From an uncultured Ruminococcus sp. (lineage in GTDB: Bacteria; Bacillota; Clostridia; Oscillospirales; Acutalibacteraceae), in assembly GCA_902761025.1 (NCBI GenBank), contig CACWIU010000002.1, positions 9,517 through 65,955 of the forward strand: a stretch of 56,439 nucleotides of DNA, written 5' to 3'. The notes beneath the pieces are model-generated. The model was not told the DNA's origin and searched no databases. It saw only the letters and a program-made list of their open reading frames with translations. The translations under genes were made by a program, and so were the position numbers. Shown here one piece after another: positions 54,581-56,439 of the stretch. The first letter of the stretch is position 1. Each line of letters starts with the position of its first letter.

Positions 54581-56439
54581 TTATTGATTAGATTCTCTCG
54601 TATAGTCAAGTAAGCCGCCTGCTATAATAATCGCTCTTGTTCTGTCTGTCAAGTCGCAGTCAACAGGAATATCAATGCCTTTTGTAACATCTTTCACAAC
54701 TATCTGTTCGCCGTTCAAGAGTTTAGCCTTTACGTCCTCAATAACAAGTTCGTCACCCTGTGAAATCTTGTCATAATCTTCGGCATTGACAAAAGTAAGC
54801 GGCAAAATACCGGCATTAATAAGATTGCTCTTGTGTATTCTTGCAAAGCTCTTTACAAGAACTGCCTTTACTCCTAAGTACAACGGAGCTAATGCTGCAT
54901 GTTCGCGAGATGAGCCTTGTCCGTAGTTTGCTCCGCCGACTATAATTGACTTGCCAAGCTCCAATGCTCTTTGCGGAAACTCCTTGTCGCACACAGTAAA
55001 ACAGTGTTGAGATATTGCCGGTATATTCGAACGAAGAGGAAGTATCTTTGCTCCTGCCGGCATAATGTGGTCTGTGGTAATATTATCGCCCACTTTTAAC
55101 GCACAAGACGCTTCTATCGTTTCTTCCAAAGGAGCTGTTTGCGGGAAAGGCTTTATATTGGGACCTCTAAGAACTTCCACTGTGTCCATTTTTTCTTCTT
55201 CAATCGGAGGTACTACCATATTGTCATTAATAAGGAATTGTTCGGGCAATTTTATTTCTACTGACTCGCCTAATGCGCGTGGGTCGGTAAACACTCCCGT
55301 GAGCGCCGATGCTGCTGCTGTTTCGGGACTTACCAAGTAAATTTGTCCGTCTGCTGTGCCTGAACGTCCTTCAAAGTTTCTATTGAATGTTCGGAGTGAA
55401 ATGCCTGCCGAATTTGGCGACTGTCCCATACCGATACATGGACCGCATGCGCATTCCAGTATTCTCGCGCCTGCCGCAATTAAATCTCCTAATGCTCCGT
55501 TAAGTGCCAGCATATTGTAAACTTGCTTAGAACCCGGCGCAATAGCAAGCGATACGCTCGGACATACCGTTTTGCCCTTTAAGATTGCCGCTACTCTCAT
55601 TAAATCAAGGTAACTTGAATTTGTACAAGAACCTATGCAAACTTGGTCAATTTTCTGCGGACCTATTTCCTCTATCGTCTTTACGTTATCGGGGCTATGA
55701 GGACAAGCTGCCATTGGAACAAGCTTCGAAAGGTCGATGTCAATTATTTCGTCATACTCTGCGTCTTCGTCTGATTTAAGCTCAGTCCAAACTTCCTCTC
55801 TGCCCTGCGCTTTCAGGAACTCTCTTGTAACTTCGTCCGAAGGGAAAATTGACGTTGTTGCTCCCAACTCTGCGCCCATATTTGTAATAGTCGCACGCTC
55901 AGGCACTGACAAGGTTTTTACGCCCTCGCCCGCATACTCTATAATTTTGCCTACGCCGCCCTTTACAGACATAATTCTGAGGACTTCCAAAATAACGTCT
56001 TTTGCGGATACCCATGCGGAAAGCTTGCCGGTAAGGTTAACCTTTACCATTTTAGGCATTGTAATATAATATGCTCCGCCGCCCATTGCTACGGCAACGT
56101 CTAAACCGCCTGCTCCCATTGCAAGCATTCCTATTCCGCCGCCTGTCGGAGTATGGCTGTCCGAGCCTATCAATGTCTTTCCAGGAATGCCGAATCTCTC
56201 CAAATGAACTTGGTGACAAATGCCATTGCCCGGACGTGAAAAATAAATACCGTGCTTCTTTGCGACTGTCTGTATAAAACGGTGGTCGTCTGCATTTTCA
56301 AAGCCTGTCTGTAATGTATTATGGTCAATATAGGCAACGCTTTTTTCTGTCTTTACTCTTGGAATACCTATTGCCTCAAATTCCAAATATGCCATTGTGC
56401 CTGTTGCGTCTTGTGTCAGCGTTTGGTCAATTTTAAGAC
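54581..56439 (-). CDS. aconitate hydratase (5' end outside the window)
   Basis: DSHTPTGG, GSCTNSS, and a swivel domain at the C-terminus. The frame stays open upstream of the track's Met to the window edge (LKIDQTLTQDATGTMAYLEFE). Confidence 0.92.
   Translation of the reverse strand, partial: LKIDQTLTQDATGTMAYLEFEAIGIPRVKTEKSVAYIDHNTLQTGFENADDHRFIQTVAKKHGIYFSRPGNGICHQVHLERFGIPGKTLIGSDSHTPTGGGIGMLAMGAGGLDVAVAMGGGAYYITMPKMVKVNLTGKLSAWVSAKDVILEVLRIMSVKGGVGKIIEYAGEGVKTLSVPERATITNMGAELGATTSIFPSDEVTREFLKAQGREEVWTELKSDEDAEYDEIIDIDLSKLVPMAACPHSPDNVKTIEEIGPQKIDQVCIGSCTNSSYLDLMRVAAILKGKTVCPSVSLAIAPGSKQVYNMLALNGALGDLIAAGARILECACGPCIGMGQSPNSAGISLRTFNRNFEGRSGTADGQIYLVSPETAAASALTGVFTDPRALGESVEIKLPEQFLINDNMVVPPIEEEKMDTVEVLRGPNIKPFPQTAPLEETIEASCALKVGDNITTDHIMPAGAKILPLRSNIPAISQHCFTVCDKEFPQRALELGKSIIVGGANYGQGSSREHAALAPLYLGVKAVLVKSFARIHKSNLINAGILPLTFVNAEDYDKISQGDELVIEDVKAKLLNGEQIVVKDVTKGIDIPVDCDLTDRTRAIIIAGGLLDYTRESNQ

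Noticed and set aside
1-56439. CRISPR arrays, tRNA/rRNA genes, prophage or integrative-element hallmarks (integrase, att repeats), and toxin-antitoxin pairs.
   Set aside because: I saw no regularly spaced direct repeats, no cloverleaf-like or rRNA-like segments in the intergenic regions I read, and no recombinase other than the IS transposase. This was a visual scan only. tRNAscan-SE, Infernal or minced would be decisive.

Overview
AT-rich, Clostridia-type chromosomal window with about 45 protein genes. I saw no rRNA, tRNA or CRISPR array by eye. A dockerin-bearing protein, an [FeFe]-hydrogenase locus and a clostridial nusB-to-recN operon suggest a Ruminococcaceae/Oscillospiraceae-like anaerobe (inference only).

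Left third (1-24 kb) looks accessory:
- an OmpR/histidine-kinase pair, two tandem UBA-like/DUF4342-like membrane paralogues, a TetR regulator and a YitT-family protein;
- two large secreted proteins (one DUF4874/DUF4832-like, one 1281-aa InlB-B-repeat protein) preceded by a 43-codon acidic small ORF;
- an L,D-transpeptidase, an LRR+dockerin protein and a flavodiiron/flavin-reductase/rubredoxin fusion;
- an IS4-family IS (16555-18148, 21-bp inverted repeats, TTACTTA duplication) that splits a DUF3592-like membrane-protein gene.

The most unusual item is at 18782-21376: an 864-aa in-frame fusion of a Tet(M)/EF-G-like translational GTPase to a YacP/Rae1-type NYN RNase domain.

Middle (25-37 kb, minus strand) is one long housekeeping operon: nusB, tsaD-like, xseA, xseB, ispA, dxs, tlyA, nadK, argR, recN, degT-like, HAD. 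It is followed by CIRCE-controlled htpG, an aquaporin and a frameshifted type-2 ileS.

Right third is an energy-metabolism block:
- a Cys-rich Crp/Fnr regulator and trimeric bifurcating-type [FeFe]-hydrogenase hydCBA;
- maturases hydE/hydG/hydF with a TM1266-type regulator behind a promoter-leader-terminator arrangement;
- an aconitase-(membrane ORF)-icd operon, with aconitase running off the window edge.

Other second-look items:
- a Ser at an H-cluster Cys-ligand position of HydA;
- two identical TGTTGC-N4-GCAACA palindromes in the hyd control region;
- a perfect 15-bp-arm hairpin between ispA and dxs.

All calls come from reading motifs in the supplied translations and the DNA. No database search was run.
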